64,000 nucleotides of DNA from an uncultured bacterium (GTDB lineage: Bacteria; Methylomirabilota; Methylomirabilia; Rokubacteriales; DASRDR01). Positions within the stretch are counted from its first letter, which is position 1. The number at the start of each line of letters is the position of its first letter. Shown one piece after another: positions 1-9,954 of the stretch. The stretch lies in the NCBI GenBank assembly GCA_964463175.1, contig CAYXBJ010000178.1, forward strand, positions 52,431 to 116,430, read 5' to 3'. The notes beneath the pieces were generated by a model. That model saw nothing but the letters and a program-made list of their open reading frames with translations, did not search any database and was not told the origin of the DNA. A program made the position numbers and the translations under genes.

Positions 1-198
1 GACTACGTCGGGAAGTACCCCCAGGCGATCACCGCGCGTGACCAGCTCCAGTACGCGCACGCCGAGCTGCCGGTGAAGAACATCATCGAGGTCAAGCGGG
101 CCATCGTCACGTCGCTCCAGACGGTGGTCACCACCAGCCAGCCCGTCGCGCCGATCCTGGCCGACGCGCAGAAGCGGGTGGACGAGATCCTGAAGTAG
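1..198 (+). CDS. C-terminal fragment of a protein of unknown function (5' end lies outside the window)
   Basis: Frame 1 reads ...DYVGKYPQAITARDQLQYAHAELPVKNIIEVKRAIVTSLQTVVTTSQPVAPILADAQKRVDEILK and stops at TAG 196-198. No diagnostic motif. Confidence 0.4.
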   Translation, partial: DYVGKYPQAITARDQLQYAHAELPVKNIIEVKRAIVTSLQTVVTTSQPVAPILADAQKRVDEILK

Positions 199-223
199 CC
201 CGCGCCACGCGAGCCGACCGCCC

Positions 224-267
224 GGCCGGCGGCGGCCCGGGGCCCTCGCCCCCGGCTGCCGCCGGCC
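224..267. terminator. GC-rich hairpin between convergent genes (putative bidirectional terminator)
   Basis: GGCCGGCGGCGGCC (224-237) pairs with GGCTGCCGCCGGCC (254-267): a 14-bp stem with one G.U wobble and a 16-nt loop. It sits between the + strand stop at 198 and the - strand stop at 454. Confidence 0.3.
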
Positions 268-453
268 CGGACGGCCTGGACGTTTGCACCACCGGGGCGC
301 GCGACACTCGGCCCTGCCTTCGAAACGACCCCGGCGACGACCTCGATCGACTCGTGGCGCTTGGACCGGAGCCCCGGCGGTGCGGATCGCCTCCCTTCTC
401 GGGCCACGGTGGCGGGACCCGGGGCGACGACGGCTCAGTGCGGGAGGATTCGG

Positions 454-1362
454 TCAGCCGCTCCCCTTCCGGAAGTACTGGATCGTGCCGGCGAACCGAT
501 AGAACAGCGGGGCCACGAAGCTGCGCACCAACCCGCCAGGCCCCGTCGCGACGACCGGGAACATCGGCCGCATGACGGGCGACAGGCCCGCCTCACGCCC
601 GAGGCGCCGGAGCGCCCCGTGCGTGAAGCAGTTGATGTGCTCCAGCGGATGGAACGCGTCCTTCCTGGCGCGCCAGGCCGGCGAGCCGAGCCGCTTCACC
701 CCCCAGCCGGCGTCCGGCACGGCGACTCGCATCACGCCCCCCGCCTTCAGCGCCGCCGCGAGCTTCTTCATGCTCTGGCCCGGATTCGGGATGTGCTCGA
801 ACGATTGCTCGCTGTTCACAAAGTCGAAATGCGCGCCGGGGAGCGCGTCGATGCTAACGATCTCCGCGCCGAACGTGCGAGCGTACTCCTGACGCTCCTC
901 CGACAGCTCGGTACCGTAGGCGCGGAATCCGAAGGCGGTGGCCATCCGACACCAGTAGCCCCAGCCCATGCCGTGGTCCAGCACTGCAATCTCGCGTGGA
1001 CGCTTCCGCGCGAAGGCGGCGATGTGCCCCATCTCCCTGGCGTAGCCCGAGTACAGGCCGTGGTCGCTGCCGAGCCGCTTCTCCCGCGACTCGCCCGACA
1101 CGATCCATTCCGAATACAGCCGCCCCAGATCACGGTCCCTCAAGATCGCGGTTTGCCACATGAAACCGCAGCCGTTGCATCGCGCAATCTCGTAGTCCGC
1201 GCCGCTCAGCACCTCCGGATCGATCCGGCCCGCGTAGTATTCGGTTAGAAAGCCGTACACCACGGGATCGAGGAACGCCTTGGAAAGAAGAATGGTCTTC
1301 TCGGGCCGGCTGCACACTTCACACGCGAGGCGAAGGCGAAAGTGCGGATGATCATCCTGCAT
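454..1362 (-). CDS. Class I SAM-dependent methyltransferase with N-terminal zinc-ribbon (sugar C/O-methyltransferase-like)
   Basis: N-terminal CxxC...CxxC (CEVCSRP...CNGCGFMW), followed by a glycine-rich SAM-binding core (VLDHGMGWGYW) and acidic motif. Confidence 0.75.
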   Translation of the reverse strand: MQDDHPHFRLRLACEVCSRPEKTILLSKAFLDPVVYGFLTEYYAGRIDPEVLSGADYEIARCNGCGFMWQTAILRDRDLGRLYSEWIVSGESREKRLGSDHGLYSGYAREMGHIAAFARKRPREIAVLDHGMGWGYWCRMATAFGFRAYGTELSEERQEYARTFGAEIVSIDALPGAHFDFVNSEQSFEHIPNPGQSMKKLAAALKAGGVMRVAVPDAGWGVKRLGSPAWRARKDAFHPLEHINCFTHGALRRLGREAGLSPVMRPMFPVVATGPGGLVRSFVAPLFYRFAGTIQYFRKGSG

Positions 1363-1379
1363 GCGCGCCTCCCGCGACC

Positions 1380-2252
1380 CTATGAGTCGAGCCGGCCCCG
1401 CACGACGAGATCTCCGTCGGTCAGGACGAACCGCTCAATGACCTCGCGAACGCCCTCTTCCTCCGCGGTGCCGCACACGACGTCCGCCCTGGCCCGGACG
1501 CCCTCCGGCGCGTGCCCCATGGCCACGCCCAGGCCCGCCGCCTCAATCATCTCGACGTCGTTCCAGTTGTCGCCGATGGCAATGGTCTCGGCGGCGGTGA
1601 GCGTGAGCGCCTCCAGCATGGCCTGGAGCGCCTCGCCCTTGGACACACCGGGCGGGAGGATCTCGAGGTACACGGGCTCCGACTGGACCGCGTGCACCGG
1701 CAGCGCCGCGTCACGGACCGCTTGCTGGAGACTGCCGACCCGCCCTTCGGAGCCGATGATCAGGAGCTTGTAGGGATCGGCCGCGGAGAGAAACGGCTCG
1801 AACGACGGCACGACCTCTGCGGTCAGCCCGTCGTCCGCGGCGTAGGCCTCGGTGAGCGGATGCGGCCGCTCGACGAGGACGCGGTCGTCCGCGTAGAGAT
1901 GGGGCTGGACGTCGGGGTCGAGCCGCACGATCGCGAGCGCGGCCCGAGCGGTCGCGGCGGGCAAGCGGCGCTCGTACAGAGTCCGCTTCGTCTCGAACTC
2001 GAGGATCTGGCCACCGTTGTAGAGGATCGCAGGAGGGTCGACGCCGAGAGCGCGAACCCACGGCTCGGCCGAGCGCCACATCCGTCCAGTGGCCACGCAG
2101 ACGCGGACGCCCCGCGCTTGCGCCGATGCGATGGCATCGCGCACCCCGGGCGTGATGCCGAGCCGCCGTGACCGTGCCGTCCCGTCCAGGTCGATGACGA
2201 CGAGGCGATAGCCGGCGGTCCTCTCCGCTGATCGGCGCTCTCGGCCGCTCAC
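1380..2252 (-). CDS. HAD-IIB (Cof-type) sugar phosphatase
   Basis: RLVVIDLDGT (HAD motif I), VATGR, and C-terminal GDNWNDVEM (motif IV). The first ~160 codons of the track ORF overlap the epimerase gene and are not credible. Start set at GTG 2250-2252 (VSGRERR...); true start uncertain. Confidence 0.65.
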   Translation of the reverse strand: MSGRERRSAERTAGYRLVVIDLDGTARSRRLGITPGVRDAIASAQARGVRVCVATGRMWRSAEPWVRALGVDPPAILYNGGQILEFETKRTLYERRLPAATARAALAIVRLDPDVQPHLYADDRVLVERPHPLTEAYAADDGLTAEVVPSFEPFLSAADPYKLLIIGSEGRVGSLQQAVRDAALPVHAVQSEPVYLEILPPGVSKGEALQAMLEALTLTAAETIAIGDNWNDVEMIEAAGLGVAMGHAPEGVRARADVVCGTAEEEGVREVIERFVLTDGDLVVRGRLDS

Positions 2253-2328
2253 AAGGACAGCGCGAGGCTCGGCCCGCTCAGGGACGGCGCGGCAGGGCGG
2301 TGAGGGGGCAGGAGCCGTCCAACCGAGC

Positions 2329-3345
2329 TCAGCACGCCGGCACGCGGTAGTACGCGCGATACCACTCCACGAAGCGGGCGACACCGTCCTCGATCGTCGT
2401 CCGGGGACGATAGCCGAAGTCACGGACGAGGTCGTCGATGTCGGCCCGGGTGGCGGGCACGTCGCCGGGCTGGAGGGGCAGGAAGTTCTTCTTGGCGGTG
2501 CGACCCAGGCACTTCTCGAGCACCTCGATGTACCGGAGAAGCTCGACGGGTCGGTCGTTCCCGATGTTGTAGATGCGGTAGGGCCCTCGGCTGGTCCCCG
2601 GATCGGGCCGGTCGCCAGACCAGGCGGGATCCGCCGCCGGTGGCTCGGCAAGGACCCGCACGATCCCCTCGACGACATCGTCGACGTAGGTGAAGTCTCG
2701 TTGCATCCGGCCCTCGTTGAAGACATCGATCGGCCGGTCCTCGAGGATCGCTCGGGTAAACAGGAAGAGCGCCATGTCCGGTCGCCCCCACGGGCCGTAC
2801 ACCGTGAAGAACCGGAGACCCGTGCACGGTAAGCCGTACAGGTGCGCGTAGCTGTGCGCCATCAGCTCGTTGGCCTTCTTCGTCGCGGCGTAGAGGCTCA
2901 ACGGATGGTCGACGTTGTCGTGCACGGAAAAGGGCAGCCGCGTGTTGGCGCCGTAGACGGAGCTGGATGACGCGAACACGAGGTGCTCGACCCGCTGGTG
3001 CCGGGAACCCTCGAGCACGTTGAGGAATCCGACCAGGTTCGCGTCGACATAGGCGTGGGGGTGCGAGAGCGAGTGGCGCACCCCCGCCTGCGCGGCCAAG
3101 TGGACGATGCGGGCGGGCCGGAGACGCCCGAAGAGATCGGCCATCGCCTCGCGGTCGCTCACATCCGCCAGCTCGAAGCCGAACCCGGCCTGCGCCGCCA
3201 GCCGGTCGAGTCGCGCCTGCTTCAGAGCGGGGTCGTAGTAGTCGCTCAGGTTGTCGATGCCCACGACGCGGTGGCCGTCGGTGAGGAGACGCTGGGCGAC
3301 GTGATAGCCGATGAACCCAGCGGCGCCGGTGACGAGGACGGTCAC
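2329..3345 (-). CDS. NAD-dependent UDP-uronate 4-epimerase (CapI/WbnF/TviC family, extended SDR)
   Basis: MTVLVTGAAGFIGYHV Rossmann motif, YAATK catalytic YxxxK, length 338 aa. Stop overlaps the upstream dehydrogenase gene by 4 nt. Confidence 0.85.
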   Translation of the reverse strand: MTVLVTGAAGFIGYHVAQRLLTDGHRVVGIDNLSDYYDPALKQARLDRLAAQAGFGFELADVSDREAMADLFGRLRPARIVHLAAQAGVRHSLSHPHAYVDANLVGFLNVLEGSRHQRVEHLVFASSSSVYGANTRLPFSVHDNVDHPLSLYAATKKANELMAHSYAHLYGLPCTGLRFFTVYGPWGRPDMALFLFTRAILEDRPIDVFNEGRMQRDFTYVDDVVEGIVRVLAEPPAADPAWSGDRPDPGTSRGPYRIYNIGNDRPVELLRYIEVLEKCLGRTAKKNFLPLQPGDVPATRADIDDLVRDFGYRPRTTIEDGVARFVEWYRAYYRVPAC

Positions 3346-4667
3346 GCCTTGATGACCTTCTCGCGGCCCGCCCGGACGTCGCGGGTGGCGTTGCGCGTGT
3401 CCACCACCACCACCGCATGCCGCACGACTTCCTCGTAGTCGATCGCCGAGTGGTCCGTCACGATGAGCACCGCGTCGGCGGCGCCCAGGGACTCGGCAGT
3501 CAGCGGGGTAGACTCGAGGTCGAACTGGTAGTGGCGGCCCCGTCCGAGCCGCGGGACGTGCGGATCGTGGTAAGCGATCTGCGCGCCACGCCTGGCCAGG
3601 ATCGAGAGGATGCGCAACGCCGGCGACTCGCGGATATCACCGGTGTCCCGCTTGTATGCGACTCCCAGCACCAGGACCCGCGCGCCGCGCAAAGTGGTTC
3701 CCCGGAGGTCCAGCGCGTCTCGGAGTCGGCTCACGACGTACTCCGGCATGGCGCTGTTGACCTCGCCGGCCAGCTCAATGAACCGCGTGTGAAAGTCGTA
3801 GGCACGGGCCTTCCACGTCAGATAGAAGGGATCGATGGGGATACAGTGGCCGCCGAGGCCCGGCCCCGGGTAGAAGGGCGTGAACCCGAACGGTTTCGTC
3901 GCCGCGGCCCCGATGACCTCCCACACGTCGATCCCCATCCGGTCGAAGCACATCTTCAGCTCGTTGACGAGCGCGATGTTGACCGCCCGGTAGATGTTCT
4001 CGAGGAGCTTGGACGCCTCGGCGACTCGAGTGCTGGACACCGCCACGACCTTGGCCACGACCGGCTCGTACAGCAGGGCGGTCAGGTCGCGGCAGACCTC
4101 CGTGCATCCCGACACGAGCTTGGGCGTGTTCCCGAGGGCGTAACGCGAGTTCCCCGGGTCCTCGCGCTCGGGCGAGTAGCCCAGTGCGATGTCGCGGCCA
4201 ACGGCGAGACCGCGTGCCTCGAGGATCGGGCGGACGAGCTCCTCGGTGGTGCCCGGGTACGTCGTGCTCACGAGCACGACGAGCTGTCCCGGCCTGAGGT
4301 GGGGCGCGATGGTCGAAGCCGTTCCCGACACCGCCGAGAGGTCGGGCTCCCCGTGCTCGTCGAGCGGCGTCGGCACGCAGATGATCAGCACGTCGCACTC
4401 GCCCGCCCGGCCGAAGTCGTTGGTCGCGGCCAGGCGCCCCGACGACACGAGGGCGGCCACGCGGTTCGAGGGGATGTCCATGAGGTAGGAGCGCCCCGCG
4501 GCGAGCGCCTCCGGCTTCTTGGGGTCGATGTCGAAGCCGAGGACCCGGTAGCCAGCGTCGGCGAACGCCAGCGCCTGCGGCAGGCCCACGTAACCGAGGC
4601 CGACGACTCCGACGACGCCGGTGCGATCCCGGAGACGACCACGCAACCCTTCCAGCACGCTCCTCAC
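3342..4667 (-). CDS. Nucleotide-sugar 6-dehydrogenase (UDP-GlcNAc/UDP-ManNAc/UDP-glucose dehydrogenase family; TviB/WecC-like)
   Basis: GVVGLGYVGLP NAD-binding motif, catalytic-Cys region GGHCIPIDP, C-terminal UDP-binding domain. Paired with the downstream 4-epimerase as in TviB-TviC. Confidence 0.85.
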   Translation of the reverse strand: MRSVLEGLRGRLRDRTGVVGVVGLGYVGLPQALAFADAGYRVLGFDIDPKKPEALAAGRSYLMDIPSNRVAALVSSGRLAATNDFGRAGECDVLIICVPTPLDEHGEPDLSAVSGTASTIAPHLRPGQLVVLVSTTYPGTTEELVRPILEARGLAVGRDIALGYSPEREDPGNSRYALGNTPKLVSGCTEVCRDLTALLYEPVVAKVVAVSSTRVAEASKLLENIYRAVNIALVNELKMCFDRMGIDVWEVIGAAATKPFGFTPFYPGPGLGGHCIPIDPFYLTWKARAYDFHTRFIELAGEVNSAMPEYVVSRLRDALDLRGTTLRGARVLVLGVAYKRDTGDIRESPALRILSILARRGAQIAYHDPHVPRLGRGRHYQFDLESTPLTAESLGAADAVLIVTDHSAIDYEEVVRHAVVVVDTRNATRDVRAGREKVIKA

Positions 4668-4966
4668 CTCCGTTCTTCCTCACGGCCCCAATGCAGGGCT
4701 CCGGCGCGTCCAGAAAACCCGGGTGACGCTCCGAGCATCAAGGACCTTCGTCGGCCCTTCGAAAGGTACACCGATGTCATCGCGCGTGTCGCGCACGACG
4801 AACACCGCGTGTCGTCGATGCGGACAGGCTCACCGGCCACGACGAGCGGCGCATCTTGGGCACCGTGTTCATGCACCCTGGGGGGCCCGCTCATGCGCGC
4901 GCATGAACGTCAACGCTTCCGTCCCGTGGCGGCCGTCGGTTCGCATCGGATCTCGCCCACGTGTCC

Positions 4967-5764
4967 TCAGTGGCCCGCGGATCGACGCTTGAACAGGAGG
5001 ATGGCCATGTTGGCATATCCCTTCTGTTCGACAAGGTCGTGGTCGGGCAGAGCCTCCAGTAGGCTCCGGATGCGTCCTGCGTCTCCCCGCGTTTCGCCCA
5101 CGATCCACTCGATCTCTCGAACTCGCGCCGATCCCTTGAAGATCGTGGTTTCGGATCCCTCGATGTCGAACTTCAGCAACTGCGGCGGCGAGGGCATTCT
5201 GCCTATGGCCACATCGAGGGGAGTCCCCTGCACCTGAACCGCCACGAAGTCGGCGTGATGAGAACTCGGCAGCACGAGCGAGCCCCGGGTGCTACGCAGG
5301 CGGTGCTCGAAGAATGCGACCGGTTTCTCTTCAGTCGACACCGCTTCCCGAAAGCAGCGAACACCATCAAGAGTGCCTACGTTCTTTACGAGAAGGTCGA
5401 AGTTCCCCGATAGCGGCTCATATACATGAAGACAGCGCGGCCGGAAATGGCACCAGAGGGACAGCACCGAGAATCCGATGTGGCCTCCAAGATCCAGGAT
5501 GCTCGAGATGGAATCGATGGGTACACTGAACTGCACATAGGTCTGCTCCCACACGACCTCTTTGAGGATCATGACGTCGGCGGGTCGCATGGTCCACGGG
5601 AACTCGGATCCTCCGACCCTGAGAGACACGCTCATCGAGCGCTTCACGGCGCCCGACATCTTGGCAAACGGAAGGGCAAGAGCGAGCTTCAGCCCTCCGA
5701 ATCCAGGGCTGAGCTGCCGACCCATGCGCGCGCAGGTCGCAAGCGTCCGGAGATTCGACATCAC
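4967..5764 (-). CDS. FkbM-family methyltransferase
   Basis: LDLGGHIGFSVL SAM motif, LKFDIEGSE. GC ~55% against a ~70% flank. Confidence 0.7.
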   Translation of the reverse strand: MMSNLRTLATCARMGRQLSPGFGGLKLALALPFAKMSGAVKRSMSVSLRVGGSEFPWTMRPADVMILKEVVWEQTYVQFSVPIDSISSILDLGGHIGFSVLSLWCHFRPRCLHVYEPLSGNFDLLVKNVGTLDGVRCFREAVSTEEKPVAFFEHRLRSTRGSLVLPSSHHADFVAVQVQGTPLDVAIGRMPSPPQLLKFDIEGSETTIFKGSARVREIEWIVGETRGDAGRIRSLLEALPDHDLVEQKGYANMAILLFKRRSAGH

Positions 5765-6028
5765 GCCGTCATTTCACGAGGAAGACGTAGAAGCCGCTCA
5801 CCTGTTTCGTACTCGCCCTTCCGCCGATGCGGTCCATCCCACCGCGCGACGCTCAGCCCGAATGGACTGAGCTCAAACCACGTCTCGATCGCCCCGCGAA
5901 TGGCCACGCACTCCATTCGCCCGAAGGGCTTGAAGAGCATTGGCGATGCCGTCCCCCAGTGTATCGCCGGAAGTCTTGAGCGCCCACGGCGCGTCTAGGA
6001 CTGGGATCCGCTGGCGCTTCGTCACAGC

Positions 6029-7243
6029 TCATCCGTCCCGCGAGCCGGCTCGAGCGCGAATCGGCTTGGATTCCTGGGCGCGGCGGCGGCGCCACAGGTC
6101 CTCGTAGAGCGCGAGCACGGCATCCGAAGCCCGTCCGGCAGCGTATTCCGACACGGCGATGCGCCGGGATTCCTCACCGAACTGCCTCCGTCGCGGCTCG
6201 TCCGTCAGCAATTCGGTGATCGCCGAGGCGAGGCCGGTCGCGTCCCTCGGCCGGACCAGGAGCCCGTTGACGCCCGGCCGGACGATCTCGCGACAGCCGG
6301 CAATGTCGGTCGCGACCAGCGGCCGGCCCATCGCGGCAGCCTCCAGGAGCACCCGGGACATGCCCTCTCGATAGGAAGGCAGGGCGACGATCGCCGCCAG
6401 CGCGAGGAGGCGCTGAACGTCGTGACGCTCACCGAGATACGTCACGGCACCAGCCCGCTCCCACCTCTGGACCTCATCCAGCCGGATGGCCGTGGGATTG
6501 CCGGTATCGATCGGCCCGACGAGCAGGAATCGCGCCTCGCGGACCTGCGCGCACACGCGGGGCGCGGCCTGGGCGAACTCACGGACGCCCTTGTCCCCGA
6601 GGATCCGGCAGATCATGACCACCGGCAGAGTGTCGTCGCTCAGATTCAGAGCACGGCGGAGGGCGCCGACGTCGTCGGGGCTCACGGCTCCCGGTGAGAA
6701 CTCCTCGACGTCAACGCCCTCCCCAGCCTGGATGACGCGCACCTTGGGATGGCCCGAGACTCCCAGAGCGCGCGGATCCTCCGTGTTGAGGAAGAGCATC
6801 GCGTCGCTCAGCCGGAGCGCCGCTCGCTGCAGCGACAGCACGATCCGTCGCGTCACCGGTCGCTCGCCCGTGAACGCGTAGCCAAGGCCGGTCAGCTGTG
6901 ACACGACCACCGGACGCGGCCGCAGGCTCCGGGCCGCGATCGAGCCGTAGGCCGCCGGCTTGGCCGTGAACTGGTGGACGAGATCCGGTCGGATCTCACG
7001 GTACAGCCGGACGAGGCGCCAGAGAGCCGAGAGCTCCCTCACCGCGCTCGTCGAGCTCCGGCGAAGCCTCCAGTCCCGGACGCGGGCGCCGATCCGCTCG
7101 AAGGGATCGCCGTCCAGATCACGCGGGGCGATGATCCACACGTCCGTCCCGGCCGCCAGCAGCCGCTCCACGAGCGGCCGGCGGAAGCGCCAGGTATCCT
7201 TCAGCGAGTTGGCGACGAGAGCCACCCGCCGGAGGGCCGTCAC
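6029..7243 (-). CDS. Glycosyltransferase family 4 (GT-B)
   Basis: C-terminal EGMSRVLLEAAAMGRPLVATDIAG (E-x7-E GT4 signature). Start taken at GTG 7241-7243, overlapping the upstream TGA as GTGA. The track ORF's extra N-terminus overlaps the upstream gene. Confidence 0.8.
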   Translation of the reverse strand: MTALRRVALVANSLKDTWRFRRPLVERLLAAGTDVWIIAPRDLDGDPFERIGARVRDWRLRRSSTSAVRELSALWRLVRLYREIRPDLVHQFTAKPAAYGSIAARSLRPRPVVVSQLTGLGYAFTGERPVTRRIVLSLQRAALRLSDAMLFLNTEDPRALGVSGHPKVRVIQAGEGVDVEEFSPGAVSPDDVGALRRALNLSDDTLPVVMICRILGDKGVREFAQAAPRVCAQVREARFLLVGPIDTGNPTAIRLDEVQRWERAGAVTYLGERHDVQRLLALAAIVALPSYREGMSRVLLEAAAMGRPLVATDIAGCREIVRPGVNGLLVRPRDATGLASAITELLTDEPRRRQFGEESRRIAVSEYAAGRASDAVLALYEDLWRRRRAQESKPIRARAGSRDG

Positions 7244-8436
7244 GCCGCGCGCCTCGCGACCGACTCGTACACCGCCAGCGTCTCCTGGGCCATGCGATCC
7301 ACCGTGAACATCGTACGCACTCGCTCCAGCCCTCGCTCTCCCATCCGGCGAGCCAGCGCCGGGTCGCGCAGGAGCGAGACGATCGCCCGAGCAAACTCCT
7401 CCGGGCAATCCGAGCGGACCAGCATGCCGGTCTCCCCATCGGCCACGATCTCGGAGATCGGTGCGATCGCGCTCGCCACCACGGGCCGCCCCGCCGCCAT
7501 CGCCTCGACCACCACCTGGCCGAACCCCTCGGCGCGGCTCGCGAAGGCAAAGACGACGAGCTCCTGCAGGAACCCGGGAACGTCATCGCGGTATCCGACG
7601 AGCTTGACGTGCTCCTCGACCCCCGCGGCGCGCACCATTTCCTCCAATTCCCGCCCGTACCCCAGCGGATCGTTCCCCGCGATGAGCAGGGAGGCCGCCG
7701 GGACGGCCTGGACAACAGCGGGCATCGCCCGGATCAGGACGTCATGACCCTTCCGGGGCTCGAGTCGGCCAATCGATCCGATCACCGGATCGGCCCCGCG
7801 CCCGTCACCGCCGGCTGATATCCGCGTGCCCTCGAACGGGTCGACCTCGATCCCGTAGTGGACCACGCGGATGCGCGACGGGTCGATGCCCACCGTGGTG
7901 ACGAGCCAGTCACTCACGCGGTGAGAGATGGCGATCAGCGCGTCGGCACGCCGCCACACCGCGCGGAAGACCCGGGCGTGCCACGACGTCGTCCAGTGAA
8001 TGTCGTACACGTCATGAATCGAGGCCACGAGAGGCGTCGAGGGATGGAGGGTTCGGCCCACGGCGCCTACCAGATCCGTCCGCAGTAAATGCGTGTGCAG
8101 GACGGTCGGGCGCTCGCTAGCCAGAAGCCGCCGGAGCCGGAGCATGGCGACCGGATCGAAGAGGCCGCGCATGCGAAGGTCGACGACCCGGACCCCCGCC
8201 CGCTCGAAATCCGGAACGAGCGAACGGGTCCCCCACCCCGCGGTTTCCTCGAGATGCGCGACGACGATCTCGACGCCGAGGCGCCGGAGCGCCCGACAGA
8301 GGTGCAGCAGGTGCACCTCGGCGCCTCCCACGAGGAGGGTTTTGACGAGGTGGAGAACCTTCACGGCCGGCGGTCCGCGGCCGAGGCCGGCGCCGACGGT
8401 CGGCGCGCAGGACCCGCTGCGCCGATACAACCCCAT
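7240..8436 (-). CDS. Glycosyltransferase family 4
   Basis: EGFGQVVVEAMAAGRPVVASAIAPISEIV motif. Possible alternative GTG start at VKVLHLV. Confidence 0.8.
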   Translation of the reverse strand: MGLYRRSGSCAPTVGAGLGRGPPAVKVLHLVKTLLVGGAEVHLLHLCRALRRLGVEIVVAHLEETAGWGTRSLVPDFERAGVRVVDLRMRGLFDPVAMLRLRRLLASERPTVLHTHLLRTDLVGAVGRTLHPSTPLVASIHDVYDIHWTTSWHARVFRAVWRRADALIAISHRVSDWLVTTVGIDPSRIRVVHYGIEVDPFEGTRISAGGDGRGADPVIGSIGRLEPRKGHDVLIRAMPAVVQAVPAASLLIAGNDPLGYGRELEEMVRAAGVEEHVKLVGYRDDVPGFLQELVVFAFASRAEGFGQVVVEAMAAGRPVVASAIAPISEIVADGETGMLVRSDCPEEFARAIVSLLRDPALARRMGERGLERVRTMFTVDRMAQETLAVYESVARRAA

Positions 8437-8484
8437 CCGCGCTCGGTGGCCTGACCGACCGTCATCGGCACGAATCCCGGCGCA

Positions 8485-9822
8485 TCAGATACGCAGCCAC
8501 ATCCACAGAGCGGTGAAGACGGCCACGCTCGTCCACCACAGCGCGAAGGCGAGCTTGTATCGCTGCCACCCGCCGGCCTCCATGCCCCACGCCGACAGAA
8601 GGAACATCAGGCCCAGCATCGCCGTACGCTGCCGGTAGGGATCGCTTCCGATGGCGACGCCCATGCTGGTCAGGGCAAAGACGGCAAACGCGATCACCGA
8701 GCAGATCAGCGCGACCCCGTTACGACGCGACAGCCAGCCACCGATCAGCGCGAACGGCATCAGCACGTACCAGACCGCGGCGTTCATGGCCTCGAGCAGC
8801 GTGTCGATCCCGGTGTCGAACAGGAACCTGAGCGGGGACGGCGACAAGAGGCCTCTGACGAAGAGCACTCCCAGGTTCGCCGGGGACAGCGCGTTACCGG
8901 GCGTTATGAAGCGCATCACGGTGGCGGTGGACTCGCCGAATCGCTGCATGAAGTACTGCTCTTGCGTCAGCCGGCTCATCACCATGTCCGCCACCGGACC
9001 CACGAACAGTGGCGAGACGACCGCGACCCCCAACGCCCCGGCCATGCCGAGGCGAACCCATGATCGGCCACGAATCATGTCGCGAAGGCTCGGCTGATCC
9101 CCGAACACGAGATAGAGGAGGAGGCCTAGCGCCCCGATGACTGCCCAGGTCGCACCCCGGAGCCAGTACAGAACGACGACAGGGACCGTCGCGCCGATGA
9201 TCCGGCGGGGAAGCGAACGGCCGGGTCTCGCCAGAAACCACGGAACGAGCGTCAGCAGAACGGCCGTCGGCACCTCCTTGAGCACGAGCGTCGAGAACAC
9301 GACGAGAGGAGGCAGATACGCCGTGAACCGGAATGCGCGCCGAGCCACAGCTTCATCGCGGAACAGCCACCGTCCCAAGTCCCACACGAGGAACGGCAAC
9401 AGCGCACCGAGCATGACGTTCAGCATCTTGGGGACGAGAATGTTCGGCGCGAGTCCGACGTACAGCAACGTCACGATCTGGTAGTAGCCGATCCCAGGTG
9501 CCAACGAGAAGAGTCCGTACGCCTGCGTCAGCCCGGCCGCGTGAAATCCCAGTTCATCGTCGTACAAGAACAATGATGTCAGGATCACGGCCACCACAAC
9601 TCGGAGTACGAACACACGCGTGAACAGGATGATCCGGTTGGGCATGGCGCTGCTCCGGACCACCAGCATGAGTCCCATCAGGTAGAAGATCACGGCGGCC
9701 GCGATCGCCGGAAGCACGGGAGCCTCGCCGAGTGCCACGACCCGCTCCGGCTGCATCATCCCGGCGACGCGGTACACGGCGAGACCCACGAGTGCGGCGA
9801 CCACGAGGAGGACGGCCAGCAT
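8485..9822 (-). CDS. Polytopic inner-membrane protein (>=10 TM), candidate Wzy-type polymerase / function unknown
   Basis: Hydrophobic throughout (MLAVLLVVAALVGLAVY..., many predicted helices), no soluble domain. Start taken at MLAVLL; the track ORF begins 37 codons earlier. GC slightly lower than flank. Confidence 0.5.
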   Translation of the reverse strand: MLAVLLVVAALVGLAVYRVAGMMQPERVVALGEAPVLPAIAAAVIFYLMGLMLVVRSSAMPNRIILFTRVFVLRVVVAVILTSLFLYDDELGFHAAGLTQAYGLFSLAPGIGYYQIVTLLYVGLAPNILVPKMLNVMLGALLPFLVWDLGRWLFRDEAVARRAFRFTAYLPPLVVFSTLVLKEVPTAVLLTLVPWFLARPGRSLPRRIIGATVPVVVLYWLRGATWAVIGALGLLLYLVFGDQPSLRDMIRGRSWVRLGMAGALGVAVVSPLFVGPVADMVMSRLTQEQYFMQRFGESTATVMRFITPGNALSPANLGVLFVRGLLSPSPLRFLFDTGIDTLLEAMNAAVWYVLMPFALIGGWLSRRNGVALICSVIAFAVFALTSMGVAIGSDPYRQRTAMLGLMFLLSAWGMEAGGWQRYKLAFALWWTSVAVFTALWMWLRI

Positions 9823-9954
9823 GGGCAACCCCACTCCCCGTCCTCCGCGCGATGCGCCGCCGGCCGGTCTCACGCGAGCGCGCACATCAGGCCTCATCGG
9901 CCCGTCGGGGCGTGCTGACGGCAGCAGTCCCATGCCCCCTCCACCACCATTCCG

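Noticed and set aside
3-407. 134-aa ORF on the minus strand at the left edge
   Set aside because: It overlaps the well-formed + strand C-terminal coding frame (1-198) and the terminator hairpin. No motif; low-complexity composition.
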